In this document: positions 12,571-25,759 of the stretch, piece after piece
Layout: each line of letters opens with the position of its first letter
How positions within the stretch are numbered: the stretch's first letter is position 1
NCBI GenBank assembly: GCA_002269645.1
Contig: NIVC01000415.1
Span: 186,001-250,000, forward strand
Origin: Macrostomum lignano
Lineage: Eukaryota
Reading direction: 5' to 3'
DNA: 64,000 nucleotides
Position numbers and translations under genes: made by a program
The notes under the pieces: generated by a model
Told to the model about the DNA's origin: nothing
The model's input: only the letters and a program-made list of their open reading frames with translations
The model's database searches: none

Positions 12571-13600
12571 TCCACTTCTTTGGATGGACGTCATATGTCG
12601 GGAACCTCTTTAAGCAGGTTTTCCTGCAGGTTAGCATCTGGCGAATGATGCTGATCGATTCAGCATTTCAGTTTTTTCTCTTCCCATGGACGGGTTGGTC
12701 GAATCGTTGGTTAATCGAAGACAAAAAATAACTAATAATTAGGACCCCAGGCTGTGGGCGTTGTCTTTTCAAACTTGCTAGCTTGGATTCAAGAAAAAGA
12801 ACTGTTCAGTTAAGTTCACAGGCACAACTCGCAAGAAAATAATACTGCTAATCGAGAAACTCTGCCAAAGGCTTGGGTGTTGCCTGTTCAGAAATAATTG
12901 AACTCATTAACCGACCGGATACATCAAGAACAGCGACAGGTTTTCCAAGTTTATTTAAAAAGCCCAAGACACTTTCCATCAAAGTGAATTTTCTTAATCG
13001 ATTAATCCGCATGAGCTTGCGTATTTAAACAAAGGAATTAATTCTGTCGAGTTTTACAGGTCTGCCAGTCGGAGACTTGCTGGCTGCATGTGGTCCAGCT
13101 GAAGAAATCGCTCACTAAAAGGCCAGCCCGAGCCAGCCCGAGCCAGCCCGAGCCCGAGTTCGCACCGCATCTCTCTAAGGACAAAAACATCACGTGAGAA
13201 GTTTTTTTGTTCACTATTAAATTCCCTACTATACGACGAAGTACGTGCTAGAGTGTATGCATAGAACTGTTTGCTTAAACGCCTGCCGGATACGCAGAGT
13301 TTGTTCCTTAGCCAAACAAAACATTTGACCTGCCCACCCAGCAAACAACCAGGTGCGCGGCCCCAGATATGGATTAAATAATCGCAAGAGCGGAAACCTT
13401 GCAAATTTTCCCATGCAACTTAGGCACGCCAGACAAACAACACGAGATCAGGTAGCACACTATGCGATTGTAGCTACTGCAGAAAATCAATTATAAATAC
13501 TGCATGCATAAAACCTGAGGCTGAACAACTATTCAAGATCGAAATTCAATTTACGTTTTGTAACTTACAGTCTTAAGCGCCTTCTAAATTCGGTACCAAC

Positions 13601-14665
13601 ATGGTGCAGATGGATCTGACCAGCTATCAGTTCTCCGTGGAGGTCAACTGCACAGCTGAACTGTCTCGCTGGTCCCACCAGACCGAGCTGTGGTTCATCC
13701 TGTTCTACATCATCTGCGACATTCTGCAGTCAATTGTGTGCATAATGGCCCTGCTATTCAACGCCATATCCTTTGTAGCCCTTGGCATGGATGACAGCGA
13801 CAGTGCACTGGCCCTGCAGCTGCGCACCCTGTGCCTGTCTGACACAATCTTTGTTCTGGCTAACACTTTGGACAACTTCTGTCACACTATCGAGTCCATT
13901 CCTAATGCCGATTTAAATTTCTACTTTCTACCAATCTACGTGCATCCGATAGCTTGGAGCTTCCGCGCTCCATTCATCACCATTCATAACTGGACGATGC
14001 TGTTCGTGTCTGTTGTGCGCTACGTCAAGATTCGCTGGCCTCTGAAGGGCAGCATCTGGTTTACACAGAGCCGAACAATGTACTACATCGTGGCAATCTG
14101 GGTGATTAGTCTGGGCACTTCGCTAATCCGCTGCCTCGAGGTCACGACAATTTACGGCTTATGCCCGGATGGTCTCTACCGTCTGGCTATTGTTGCTACG
14201 AAGATTTTCCCGACGTACACCACGGTGACGAACTTCGGTTTGCAGACGGTCACACCCGTTTTAATTGCCGTGGCGGCTAACGCTCTCCTGCTCTACACTA
14301 TCAAGCACAACGCCAAGTTCCAGAAGGAGAACTCCTCCGGCGGGGCTAGTCGCGCCGATTCGCAGCTGAAAGACATGACCAGAATGATTGTGCTGCTCCT
14401 GCAGCTGTACCTGATCTGCCAGATACCCATGATTCTGTTCGGATTCAACGTTCTGTTGACCATACCGACCCCCGTGTACATCGTGATCGGGCTGGTTGGC
14501 AACGTGATATCCTCACTGGATGGCTCGTGCAACTTCATCATCTACGTCTACGCCAATCCGCGCTTCAAGAAGAATGTCAAGCAAATATTCGGCATCAGGG
14601 ATTATAGCGCCGGCGGAGAGGCTAGCAAAGCTACCTCCACAATGTCCCTGGCGGTGAAGCCCTAG
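13601..14665 (+). CDS. Intronless rhodopsin-class 7TM GPCR, invertebrate peptide-receptor (FMRFamide/Srw-like) type
   Basis: 354 aa with seven hydrophobic segments. Motifs: CLSD (TM2), NWTMLFVSVVRY (DRY equivalent), LICQIP (TM6), DGSCNFIIY..ANPRFK (TM7 and helix 8). Confidence 0.88.
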   Translation: MVQMDLTSYQFSVEVNCTAELSRWSHQTELWFILFYIICDILQSIVCIMALLFNAISFVALGMDDSDSALALQLRTLCLSDTIFVLANTLDNFCHTIESIPNADLNFYFLPIYVHPIAWSFRAPFITIHNWTMLFVSVVRYVKIRWPLKGSIWFTQSRTMYYIVAIWVISLGTSLIRCLEVTTIYGLCPDGLYRLAIVATKIFPTYTTVTNFGLQTVTPVLIAVAANALLLYTIKHNAKFQKENSSGGASRADSQLKDMTRMIVLLLQLYLICQIPMILFGFNVLLTIPTPVYIVIGLVGNVISSLDGSCNFIIYVYANPRFKKNVKQIFGIRDYSAGGEASKATSTMSLAVKP

Positions 14666-17413
14666 CTATAGATAAAGATATGGAGAAATAGTGATGGCTA
14701 ATTTTAATTGATAGACTTGAAGTTCCGTCTCAAGACTAAAAAATTTTTGCAACAAACAAAAACTATTTAACCTCTACTAGTATAGCCTTTGATTCTAAAC
14801 TGATTAGGCACTCATCAATATTGTTAAATTATACTGCTTGCACCAGTATAATAACCACTATATTTTTTTACCATTTTTTCGACACCGAAAGCACTCCTGT
14901 TTGACAAATACCTCACTAATCATATTTGTTTAATCAAGTTTCGCACTAAGCCTCAATAGAGTAGATTATTGCCTAGACACACTAGCAAAAAGTTCACAAG
15001 TATACTAAAAGATGTCATCTACTCGTAATTAATGCGCCTCAGAAGCATATTTTCCTTAGTTTTATAGCTCATAGCTAAATCTCCAGAGAGTCAGTTCGTT
15101 AAATCGCGATATCCAAGTAACTGTCAATGGCTAACTTTTTAAAAATCATATTTTATCGATTGTTTAACAAATTTATTCAATCAAAAATGCTTTTAATTTA
15201 CGCTTTAATTATTTACGCTCACATTCGGACTCGTCCAGGTAGAGGGAGATTTGCTAGCCTAAGCCCGGACAAAACTGCTCAGGGAATTTCGTGTCATCTC
15301 GTTAAAGGCTTGATAGTATTAATCGAGGCCCACACGAAGGCAACAGTTGCCAAGCGCGAGGACAAGCAAAGGGATGAGTGTAGCGCAGAGTTGAGTTGGG
15401 GGGAAAGCAAAGACAGTCCACCTGAGGAGGTCTACAAGAAGAAAGTGTGGATAAATTAATTTCCTGCAAAGGGAGGGAAATTTTAATTACAGACTAGCTA
15501 GGCTTTACGTAGCCAGTCTGTCTGTTCGAAGATTGTCGGAGGGTAGCACGCAGGCGAGATTGGTGTTGGACAAAAGAAGAGGCACCTAATGGTTGAGATC
15601 TAGAGACTTTTCAATTTGAAGCTCAAGTCAAAAGTAGCTATTTTGAGCCTAGACTGCAGCGCTCTTTGAGCGAATCTGTTCAAAAAATTGTATTTTCATC
15701 GCATTTGTCAGCTAGTAGACAAGTTAAGTCCTCATTACAGACGGTTGTGCTGTGAGCAGCATATACGAGTATTTGGAGAGTCTAATTATAGTGTCAGTCC
15801 ATATGTCCGAAGGATATTCGCTGTCCTTTGCCCCTAGATCAGTCCATTAGTCCGAGTTCAGCTCCTAACTTGTCCATCAGTTGCAGTTTAGTCCGACTAT
15901 ATCTTGTGCTCGAGTCCAATTTCTAGTTGAGTCAAGTCAAACAATAACTTGTCCAGTCCAGTACCTCTGAAAATTGTGCTAGAATTCAAGCTCAGCCTCT
16001 TACTATCACGTTCTCAAGTCTAAATCCAACCTTTAACAACTTTAAAAAGCTTTAACAACGAATCCCAGTCCTTATCTACCAGTACAGGTCTACTCCCACC
16101 GACTCATGCCTAACCTACGAAATCCCCCACTAATTTCCAAGACTACAAGGCGGATTAAAACCGCGCGGCGCTGACACGTGCTGCCAGAGCATCCGTGCCA
16201 ACAGACGTTCTCGTCGACGACTCCAGCGTACCACGATGGCTCGCCAATCGGTGCATGAATTGGCATCGTCCAGGTCGCGACTGAGCTGCAATCTCGGCCG
16301 GAAGAGGCGGCCGCTATGCCGCTGCCGGATGCCAGCGAGCGAGGCCAGTAGCGACACTTCAAGCCAGTCTGGCGCGGTCGAAAATCGGCGACTTCGCAGC
16401 CAACTCAACGATTTGTTATTGGTCGCTAAGAGACGTATCTGGGCGGCATTTTCCATGGACATGATGTAGCCGGGACCTGGGGTTTTTATTTTAGGGTTAT
16501 TTTAGGGTTATGAGCAATAGCGAGTGTATAATAAAGTAAGTACTAATTTTACTGTGTATTTTAGCCAAGGATGTTATTACTGAACTATCCTTAATGCACT
16601 TTGAGAGTTCATAGTTATTTTGTACATACCTATGTACAGTCAGTGTATAGGTTTGCCGTATTCATAGTGCAGCTAGCCCCAGTTAACTGGGATTCAACTC
16701 TTGACTAATTGCGCTATTATAGCGCAGTAATTGACCTTACGTCTTCCGGTTAATCACGCTTTAAACAGAAATCATTTTTACCTGGCATCGGGAACTTTGA
16801 AGCTAAAACACAACTAAAAATCAGCAAGTCATGTTTGTCTGAATAATAAACAGAAATTTAAATAAACAAATAGATAAATGCATGTAAATGTAACTACATC
16901 TAGGTTTTAAACTTGTACAGTCGCTATCGTTGATTCCCCTTAAGGAAAATGACGTTAAAAGCCAGGGCATTTCAGCAATTCCACCATGAGCCTTGAAATC
17001 CCAGCAATTCCCCTCGTGAGCTTTGATATTGAGAATGTCGAATTTCAACACGAATGCTCTCTATAGGATAGACAGGATGCCCTAGTAGGCGATGCGACCC
17101 TACATGTAAACGGCGAATAAGGGGGATTTTTTAAATCTCGGCCTAATAAAAAGCGAATCCCAATCTAACTTTGCGGGAAGCTCAACAACTGATCCAACTG
17201 TGCTTAGATAATGACGTTTTCATAGGCTCAAAATTTCACACAACGTCGAAAAGCTTTGATAGTCACTACGGCTAGACCACTGGCTATTTGAACGACTTGA
17301 ACGACGTAAAATTTCGAGCGTTTGAAAGTGACCAGCAATAATTTTCAACGATATGAGGTTTTTAGCTTATGAAAAACCGACCTTCTAAAGGAGATGATTG
17401 GGATACGAGTATT

Positions 17414-18277
17414 TTAGCTTTCAACAATGTGAAGTTTCGAGTTTAGAAAGTTGACAAACTTACGGGATTGGTTTGCGCCTATGGAACTGACAAGGTATAT
17501 GTTTCGAAAAAGATTTTTTACAGACATATTGACGCTAAAGATGCGAGCTAAACGCAACAGACCTTCTACGAGATTGTCGCCCCGGATTCGGCTTCGGATT
17601 TCCAGAGCAACAGCAGCCGAGAGCAGCGTGCTGGCGTCCTTAGCTGACACCTGGTACGGCAGGTAGCCCAGAAATATTCGACCACTGTCGCCAAGTCTCA
17701 GACTGCCCAGATACTCCACCAACCTGAACGGGTTCACGGCGCAGTTGGACGACGTGCGCAACAGAAAGCTGGCACCGCGACAGCTACTCAAGCTCCACTC
17801 GATGGCTGCCAGGGTGCCTGAGAAGCCCAGGGAAGACCGACCGTCAAGCATGAGAATGTCTCCGTATTTACTCGCCTCCGCGTCCAGCAGTTCCCGATCT
17901 GCTAGCGATGCAATTCCACTGTCGAATGTTCCAACAAAGATCCAGCGTAGTTGAAAGTCGCGATGCCGACGGACGGAGGCGTGCAGCTGGCGGTGCTGGG
18001 CGCGTTCAGCGGCGGCTGATTCGGCGTCGACTGCAGCGCCGGATGCAACGATCGCTACGACCACCAGCGGAGGCGGTCGCTTCCAGTCGCAAGGAGTTGG
18101 CGAGTGCAGCAGGCGATGCTCACCTCGGCTTCCATGCTGCAGCTCTGAATTTCCCGAACTAGTGTGGCAGTCATAGCCTCGATGCCGAACGACTTGCCAA
18201 GTTACGAACAGGCCCAGTAGCGCTAGGCTCGAACAGTACACCAAAAACTGCAACTGTCACTTAGCTGTTGCCTCCAT
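17414..18277 (-). pseudogene. Degenerate GT31 (beta-1,3-galactosyltransferase/fringe-like) type II membrane protein; pseudogene or pseudoenzyme
   Basis: N-terminal TM segment, EASKYGDILM motif, and IEWSLSSCRGASFLLRTSSNCAVN aligning to WxxxxCxxAxFxxKTDDDVFVN with DDD replaced by SSN. The in-frame ATG at 18277 is followed by TGA at codon 7, then the 279-codon open frame from 18253. Confidence 0.6.
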
Positions 18278-19564
18278 AGTTAGTGTCTTTTTCTTTGCTA
18301 CTATCTGTGCAGTTGCTGATCAAATTTATGAGACGGGTCTTTCACCTGCCGGTGAATTTTATCAATATTGTCTTAGCAACCAAGTTCCGGTTTGAAGCTA
18401 CAGTCTGTTGGCTTGGAATACAACGAGACGCTCAGTGTAGAGCAGTGCAGGAATGCGTTACTTATTCTTATAAATAAAGACAAAAGGTAACCCACCTTTA
18501 GTTTCATGCCACAACGAACCAGTTCTTCTGTTTCTTTCAAGATTTCTCTCTAGCTGTATATTCAAAACCGGCACAAAAAGTAGGACTTGAAAAAATTGAC
18601 AGGACGCGTTTACGCAAGCTTTTTTACTCCTTTCATAATAAAGTTAATCTGCAACAAAAACAAAGAAAAAATATCTGTGCAAAGGTATTGATACAGGAAT
18701 CCGGTGCAGTGTCGCGCAGGATGAAGCTCTGCAGTCACATGACTCGCCTACAGATATGCTCATATGGAGGGGGAATTCTCGCTGGCTCTCTGATGTGAAA
18801 CTGAAACCTGTGAATCTTCGAGATGTCAAACCGTTTTTGTATCGAATTTTTGTCGAACCCTCATAGAAGTTTATGCTGGCAAGTAGAAACAGAATAGCTG
18901 TAGGTTTCACAGAGCAGCATAGCAAATCGAGACGGCTGACGTACATGCAAGCTGAGATCTAACAATTACCTTTGATAAATTGACGCATTACTGCGCTGGG
19001 GGGCTAAGCAATGATGAGGAGCAGCCGTGATCAAGCTAATGGACACGAAATAAACAACCAGTGCAAGACACGTGACCGTCTGTTGTGTACTTAAATTATT
19101 AGTTGCGAAAAATGGGAAAACTTAGCCAAAAAGCATTTAAAACACAATTGAGATAAAAAAATAGGTGCAGAAAAGCTTACATCATAGAATTTATAGATAT
19201 AACAAAATATAACAAAATATTATATTTTTTGTTTTCATCTTTCGATGTCTGGTTCTTATAGTTAACTCATATTGGCTTCCAGGAGTTCCAGGAACTCCAG
19301 GAGACAAGAGCTCTGTAATTTTTTTGTTAAAAAAACTGCAGTAAACTTCTGCCTTCAGCCTACGGCTATTTTAACAAAACTTAAACCATAAATTCGAAAA
19401 CATTACAGACGCATATAATGCATATAAGCTGTTAATTTTGTTTGCGGGTTATTATTTTTAAAATACAGAAAGAAGAGACGCAGATAGAAAACGAACTGCA
19501 AACAAATTGTCACACAACGTTTAAAGCATGAGGTGTCAAACGTTTAGCCTATAAAAAGCTGCAC

Positions 19565-19725
19565 AACCCGGCCATCCCGCTGATCCTGCCCCATTGTGCG
19601 AGGTCGGACGCCCTGGTGGCCGCGGTGAGGACCGCGTGGCCCGGCACTGCGAGGCCCCGGTGCTGCCCTCCTACACCAAAGGGCGGAACCTCCGGCAGCT
19701 GCTCTGTCCCAGTCGACTGGAGTCC
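19565..19725 (+). mobile_element. Short Penelope-like retroelement fragment (RT to GIY-YIG linker region)
   Basis: A GC-rich island translating as PAIPLILPH...VRTAWP, then frameshifting to VLPSYTKGRNLRQLLCPSRLE. This resembles the recalled PLE motif P..AYRRGKNLRDLLV.S.L. Confidence 0.5.
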
Positions 19726-19957
19726 ACTACTGATAGAATTTTTTTGTTTTTTTATTTTCTTTGCTACTTAGCTTTGTCAGACTTTGTCAGACTTGCTCCT
19801 TTCTTAGGCTTTGGGGGGGATTTTTTATTCTCATCGCTAGTCCAAGGTCAGCTTTTATATATTCTCAGCATTTATCCTGCATCTACATCTACATCATGCG
19901 TCCCCACTATTCTTAGCCTCCCCAAAACCCCAAAAAGTTTGTCCGATCCTCGGTAGT

Positions 19958-22450
19958 TCAGCAGCCGCAGCTGCAGCCGAAACAATAGCACTGGCAGTTG
20001 CGAATCCTGCCGCGCCATCGTTCGATAGATCTGGCGGTCAGTCGCCTCAAAGCTACGCTCATCCTGCAGTAGAGCACGGCTGACACGGCCGGGTGCGCGT
20101 ACACCAGGATGCGAGCGTACTCCAGCCCGGCTGTCAAACCAGACGACAGGTTCTCCCTGCCCGCCAGGTCCAGCGAGTCAATCAGCACAATTAGCAGCGA
20201 CTTTGGGAACCAGCAGAGGAAGAAGCACGCAACCATGACGATGATGAGACGCTTTACACGAGCAGCACCCTGCTGCCGTTGTGGCTTCGGCAGCGGCTGG
20301 TGTTGATTGTTATTAGCTACCTGCTGCGCCTGACAGCTGCGGCTGCTGCTGATGAGGACCAGGGCTGCTGCTCGGTTGCTGGCGCTGGCATCGGATCGGT
20401 TGCTACCACTGCCGTTGCTGTTGTCGCGCCTGCAGGACGGCCGGCGGCTGATCAGTCGAGCCAGACGACCGTAGCTGACGGTGAACACGAGGCCGGGACA
20501 GACAATCAGCAGGATCATGATGCAGATGGACACAACTTTCTGCTTGTCCTGCAGAACCCACTGCTCCGTGCAGTAGCTCAACGGCGTCTCAAACTGGTCT
20601 AGACTCCATTGCTCGGTGCCGTTGCGTTCAACAACGGTGACGCCAATTGTCTGACGGCGCAGCGAATAGAAAAACAGCATCGGGGAGCTGAGAACGCCAG
20701 CTAGCAGCCAGTTGCCAAGCAGCAGGCCCGTCAGCAGTCGGTCGGAGATGAGTCGCGCTCTGGCCCGCAGAAGGCTCTGGCGAGTGTGCGCTACGGCCAT
20801 GGTGACTAGGGAGCACGAGTTCAGTAGCACAACGAATGCTGCAAGGATGAAAGGATTGCGGTTGGTTTTTTAAAATAGATGACTAGAAATAGATGACACT
20901 AAGTACTTTCTAAGTACGACGGGACACTCAGTGGTAACCTGCATGGATCGATTCCGCACACAAATCAGTCTTAGGTTGATTTAGTGTCATTCACAACCGT
21001 GAAGGCCGACTCCCAAGACGCAGAACGAGTACATGTCCGATGACGAGAAAGTCAGGGCCGCTGTACAATCCGTCTGAGCGTGTGCCTTCTTACGAATCCA
21101 TGTGCGTGCTCAGGGGACATTGGAATGGCCATGACTAATTGCATCCTCAGCTGGCTGCGGGTCGAGACCTGTGGCAGCGCCCAAAACTAATTAACCTAAC
21201 TGATGAGGTTTCCCCATTTTTAGACAAGTTTTATACGGAATTAGGAATGAAGCGAAAATTCCCATTTTCAAATGACACAAAATGAAAGGTCCGCCTGTAG
21301 CCACTTGGTGATTTTACTTGTCCGGGTGGACGTCATGTTAATCAACCCATACTAATGTGCTTCGGTGTCTGTAATGTTCCCAAAATAATTCTCTTTCGAA
21401 GCAGACAGTCGAGCTGCTAGAGAAATGTCCTACTTTATAATTATTTTCATCAGGCAAATTGCCAATGCCCCTGATTTAGCGACCAACGTAACGGAGTCGT
21501 GAAAATCCTTTTTAAGACTGTGTAAAAATGGATTCAAATCATGAAAATGGGTCAGATTATTTTAATAGTCAATTAGAGCTAATTAGTAAAACAGAGATGC
21601 GACTGTGTCAAAGGAGAGCTATCTATCTTTACTGGCACTGCTCGAGGTAAGTTTTGTTTGTCAGACTATAGACACTGACCGCGTAATGAAATGATCCTAC
21701 TTGGGCCACTGGGTACAGAAACTGTGAATCCCATCTTATCTTAGCCTGTCTAGAATAAGTAATCCCTTACTCCACTATATGCCGCAAGAATTATTCCCTT
21801 AACTTAAAAAAGTCACACCAATGTCTGTCAGAAGTTGACAGCCAGACGTAGATATCTAGATAATATAATGTCACAGCGACTATAGCTGTTAGTGCCATCT
21901 GGCGTCTGGTTTACTTTGGCCTGCATAAGTTCTTTTCAATCAGTTTTGATTGACAGTTAATAAAAGTACAAGCAGATAGGAGATGCTGAAAATGCTCACC
22001 ATTAGCTAGCATGTACACTTTGCAGCTCCAGGCGCCCAGACCCCAGGACTTGGTGATGAGGCGTATCATGTTCACCGGGATGCAGTAAACCGTCATGATG
22101 AGCCCAGCGGCCGCCTGATTAAGCATCAGGCTGGTCACCTTTCGGCGCAGACGCGGTCGCCTAGCAACTGTTACTAAGATGTGCAGGTTAGTCACTGTGC
22201 CGGCCACGAACACCATGCATAGCAGAGTTAGTTGAACGATGTTGTTCGCCGTGATTCGCCTCGACTGCTCAGTGTGCCGCTGCATCACAGCCTTCAGCCA
22301 TTCGATTGACACGTTGAAGGACTGTCGGATGCAATATGTAATGCAGGTATTCTCATTGAAAACCTGTGCAGAAAGACTGACAGTTCAGAAGATTTACGAG
22401 TAACTTACCGTCACCACTTGGATACTAAAAGCGTCGCGTGTGAGAATCAT
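19958..22450 (-). CDS. Rhodopsin-class GPCR (neuropeptide-receptor-like) with degenerate activation motifs. Exons 22409-22450, 22000-22363 and 19958-20838.
   Basis: Splice sites are ACG|GTAAGT..CACAG (45-nt intron) and AATG|GTGAGC..TTGCAG. The joined length is 1287 nt (428 aa plus stop), all in frame. Motifs: GTVTN (TM1), WGLGAWSCK (ECL1/TM3), FFLCWFP (TM6). Confidence 0.85.
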
Positions 22451-23219
22451 GACGACTCAAATGTTATTTCGATTGCTATGTTGATACTAATTCGAAGATT
22501 GAAGATTTGGAGATTACTAAACAAGAAGAGAACCCGCTTTGCATTTTATTTAGTGTTTGTTTTCGAACAGACTGCAAGCAAATCCTATTGGTTCTCAGCC
22601 CCCATCAGAGACGGGACGCTAAAAGCAGAACAAAACACAGGAGCTACAGGGATGCAGAGCGACTAGCTGGGAGCTAATGAACAGTCGCCAATGTCATCAA
22701 CGGAAAGCTCCATCTGCCTTGCACCCAGCCAGCCAATCCTGGCTGCCACCTGCATCCAGTCACCTCACTCTCGAACTGTCTGTCAGTCAGTCTGTCTCGC
22801 TTGTCTCTCTTCTCCCCTTTACTCTTACTATCAACTGTTAACTATAACTATATCTTTTCTGCCTGCCTCGTGCTTAGAAATCAAGCTCTTATACTGTTAT
22901 ATTGAATTGATAGATGTAGGACAGTCTTGATTAGTGGCTTCTGTTATCCTTGGTTGCGGCATAGTGACAACTCTACCTTTGGAGTCTTGTGGGACAGGAA
23001 GTGAATGAATTTAGCTACGAGCTACATTCGTCCTCTTGATTAGCCTTCTCTCGCTTTGCAGTCGCAGTAAAAAGCCTCAATTAAAACTAATTGAAAGCCC
23101 GTTCTCGATCGTCACGTGACCGTTAAGTCATCACGTGACTGCGGCACCTACTAGAAAGCAAATGATTTCATAGCATGAATTCTAGCTTATGATTATAGAT
23201 ATTTCCCCCTCGGAATGGA

Positions 23220-24052
23220 GAGGGGATAGAGAGGGGATAGAGAGGTGATAGAGAGGGGATAGAGAGGGGATAGAGAGGGGATAGAGAGGGGATAGAGAGG
23301 GGATAGAGAGGGGATAGAGAGAGGATAGAGAGGGGATAGAGAGGGGATAGAGAGGGGATAGAGAGAGGATAGAGAGAGGATAGAGAGGGGATAGAGAGAG
23401 GATTGAAAGGGGATAGAGAGGGGATATAGAGGGGATAGAGAGGGGATAGAGAGGGGATAGAGAGGGGATAGAGAGAGGATAGAGAGGGGATAGAGAGGGG
23501 ATAGAGAGGGGATAGAGAGGGGATAGAGAGGGGATAGAGAGGGGATAGAGAGGGGATAGAGAGGGGATAGAGAGAGGATAGAGAGGGGATAGAGAGGGGA
23601 TAGAGAGGGGATAGAGAGAGGATAGAGAGGGGATAGAGAGGGGATAGAGAGGGGATAGAGAGGGGATAGAGAGGGGATAGAGAGGGGATAGAGAGAGGAT
23701 AGAGAGGGGATAGAGAGGGGATAGAGAGGGGATAGAGAGGGGATAGAGAGGGGATAGAGAGGGGATAGAGAGGGGATAGAGAGGGGATAGAGAGGGGATA
23801 GAGAGTGGATAGAGAGGGGATAGAGAGGGGATAGAGAGGGGATAGAGAGGGGATAGAGAGGGATAGAGAGGGGATAGAGAGGGGATAGAGAGGGGATAGA
23901 GAGGGGATAGAGAGGGGATAGAGAGGGGATAGAGAGGGGATAGAGAGGGGATAGAGAGGGGATAGAGAGGGGATAGAGAGGGGATAGAGAGGGGATAGAG
24001 AGGGGATAGAGAGGGGATAGAGAGGGGATAGAGAGGGGATAGAGAGGGGATG
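23220..24052. repeat. 11-bp purine-rich minisatellite (GAGGGGATAGA)n
   Basis: Direct reading; it produces the PLYPLSIPSLS ORF artefacts. Confidence 0.97.
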
Positions 24053-24759
24053 GATAATAATGGGCGGATCCCAGTATTTTGCTGAGGTGGTTCCCAGGCA
24101 CTCAAGCAAGGACAAGCATGCAGTTCATGCATGCACGGCTGACTACAGCCGTAGTACTTGTGCTTGAAACCCGCGGCCCTCAGCCAATCACCGGGCGCCA
24201 GTACGCATCCAGTCACCCAGAGACAACAAAAACCAAAACCCCAAGCAGTTGAGAAGAAACATCCTCCTCCAGTCAATTTTATTTCTCTACCTCTCTCTCT
24301 CGCTCGCTCGCTTCCTTTGTACTTTTTGCATTTTTCAAAACAGCAGCAACAGTTTTTTTCAGTTCATTTCGTTCTGTATTTGCCACTCAATCGGCCATTT
24401 TTTGATGTCTTGTTGTTCAATAACGAACATAAGGGCTATAGATTTAAATCAAAGGCTTGTTTATTGAGATTTTTGCGGCCGAGAACAAATATCGAGAATC
24501 GTCTCTTTTTAATCAGTTGGAAAATATAATTATTAGGCTGCATTGATCACGCACCTGCTAACCTGAAATTGTAGAGTTTTGCTTGCTGGCACAATAAACA
24601 GGCTCAATAAGCTCAACCGTGCCACCTGGGTTCCATTCCGCGCACTCGCTTGTCCACTTTAATTTGAGGTTAATGACAATAGTTAATGGCTTATGGTCAT
24701 AAGAGGCCAACACACCTGTATATAATAAAAATAATTGCAGGAGGCTTGTAGGCACCTGA

Positions 24760-25545
24760 CACAATGCTCTCAGTGACATCGTGATTGCGCCCGGCAGCTC
24801 AACCTCCTGGCCAGTAGCAATACTGTCTAGTAGAAGTGGATCCCAGGGCACGCAGGGTTTCCGGGGAACGAGCTGGCAGACACCCTCGCCAAGAGGGGCG
24901 GCTCTGGCTCTTTCTCTGGCCCTGCCCCCCTGGTCCCTATCCCTTCTACGGTCATCAATCGTCAGATCGATGGCTGGGCTGATTCTCTTCACAGGGACAG
25001 ATGGGCGGGCACCCAAAACTGCCGGCAATCACGTGCTGCAGTTCCGTGCCCCTCTCGCAGGCTCAGAAACGTCCTTCTGAACCAAAATCGGAAGGATATT
25101 CGAGCCCTTGTCATGACCTTTACCGGTCATGGCTACCTCGCCAGGCACTGCTTCCTCCGAGGTGACCTTGAGAGCGAACTTTGCCATTTTTGCGAGACGA
25201 CAATGAAGACGCTCAGCACTTTGTTTGTCACCGCCCCTTCTTTACCAGAGACCGGCTACGCTACCTCGGGCCGAACCCGTCCATTGACGAGGTCTGCCAG
25301 CCCGACAGCATCCCACGGCTCATCCAGTTCCTTCGGGCGACAAGACGAGCCAGTTTCTTCCCTACGGAAGATCACGCTGCAGGACGGACCGGCGGACCAC
25401 CCTACAGCTAAGTCAAGTTAAGTCAAAACATCCCGCATGTACGGGGTGGGGTGTACAGCTGCCCTGATTTTCTAATCCTCAGGCATGTGCACTCTCTGTG
25501 CCTTGGGGCTTGGCCCTCACGGCTGTGAATCACACGACAACTCAA
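24760..25545 (+). mobile_element. 5'-truncated LINE 3' end with RNase H and CCHC knuckle (I/R1/LOA-type), decayed
   Basis: Hand translation gives KWIPGHAGFPGNELADTLAKRG (RNase H C-terminal motif), then CRQSR...RKDIRALVMTFTGHGYLARH...CHFC, then after a frameshift EDAQHFVC. In-frame TAG TAG lies at 24828-24833. Confidence 0.85.
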
Positions 25546-25697
25546 GGCGTAAATTTTCCTGCACAAGATCAAAATAAGTGTACGTAGTCACGCACAGAAC
25601 CAGACCAGCGGACGTGCCGACGCATTACGAGTATGCCGTAGCTCCCGAGAAAAGAAATGTTTCATCTCGTATTCAACAATTTTTCGGGATAATAAGT

Positions 25698-25759
25698 ATA
25701 AGATATTCTATGGGGTTGAGGTCGATAAATACCGACCGCAAACCCATAGAATATCTTAT
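25698..25759. repeat. Hairpin with a ~27-bp stem, next to a second inverted pair (25771-25805 / 25969-26003); probable non-autonomous element
   Basis: ATAAGATATTCTATGGGGTTGAGGTCG pairs with CGACCGCAAACCCATAGAATATCTTAT. Confidence 0.7.

Noticed and set aside
15300-16045. Possible LTR with a polypurine tract (AAAGGGAGGGAAA at about 15468)
   Set aside because: No TG start, no partner LTR, no TSD and no recognisable pol motif, so there is too little support.
16130-16469. GC-rich island with short overlapping ORFs (MARQSVHEL...)
   Set aside because: No recognisable domain or convincing splice context. It may be an exon or TE fragment but cannot be called.
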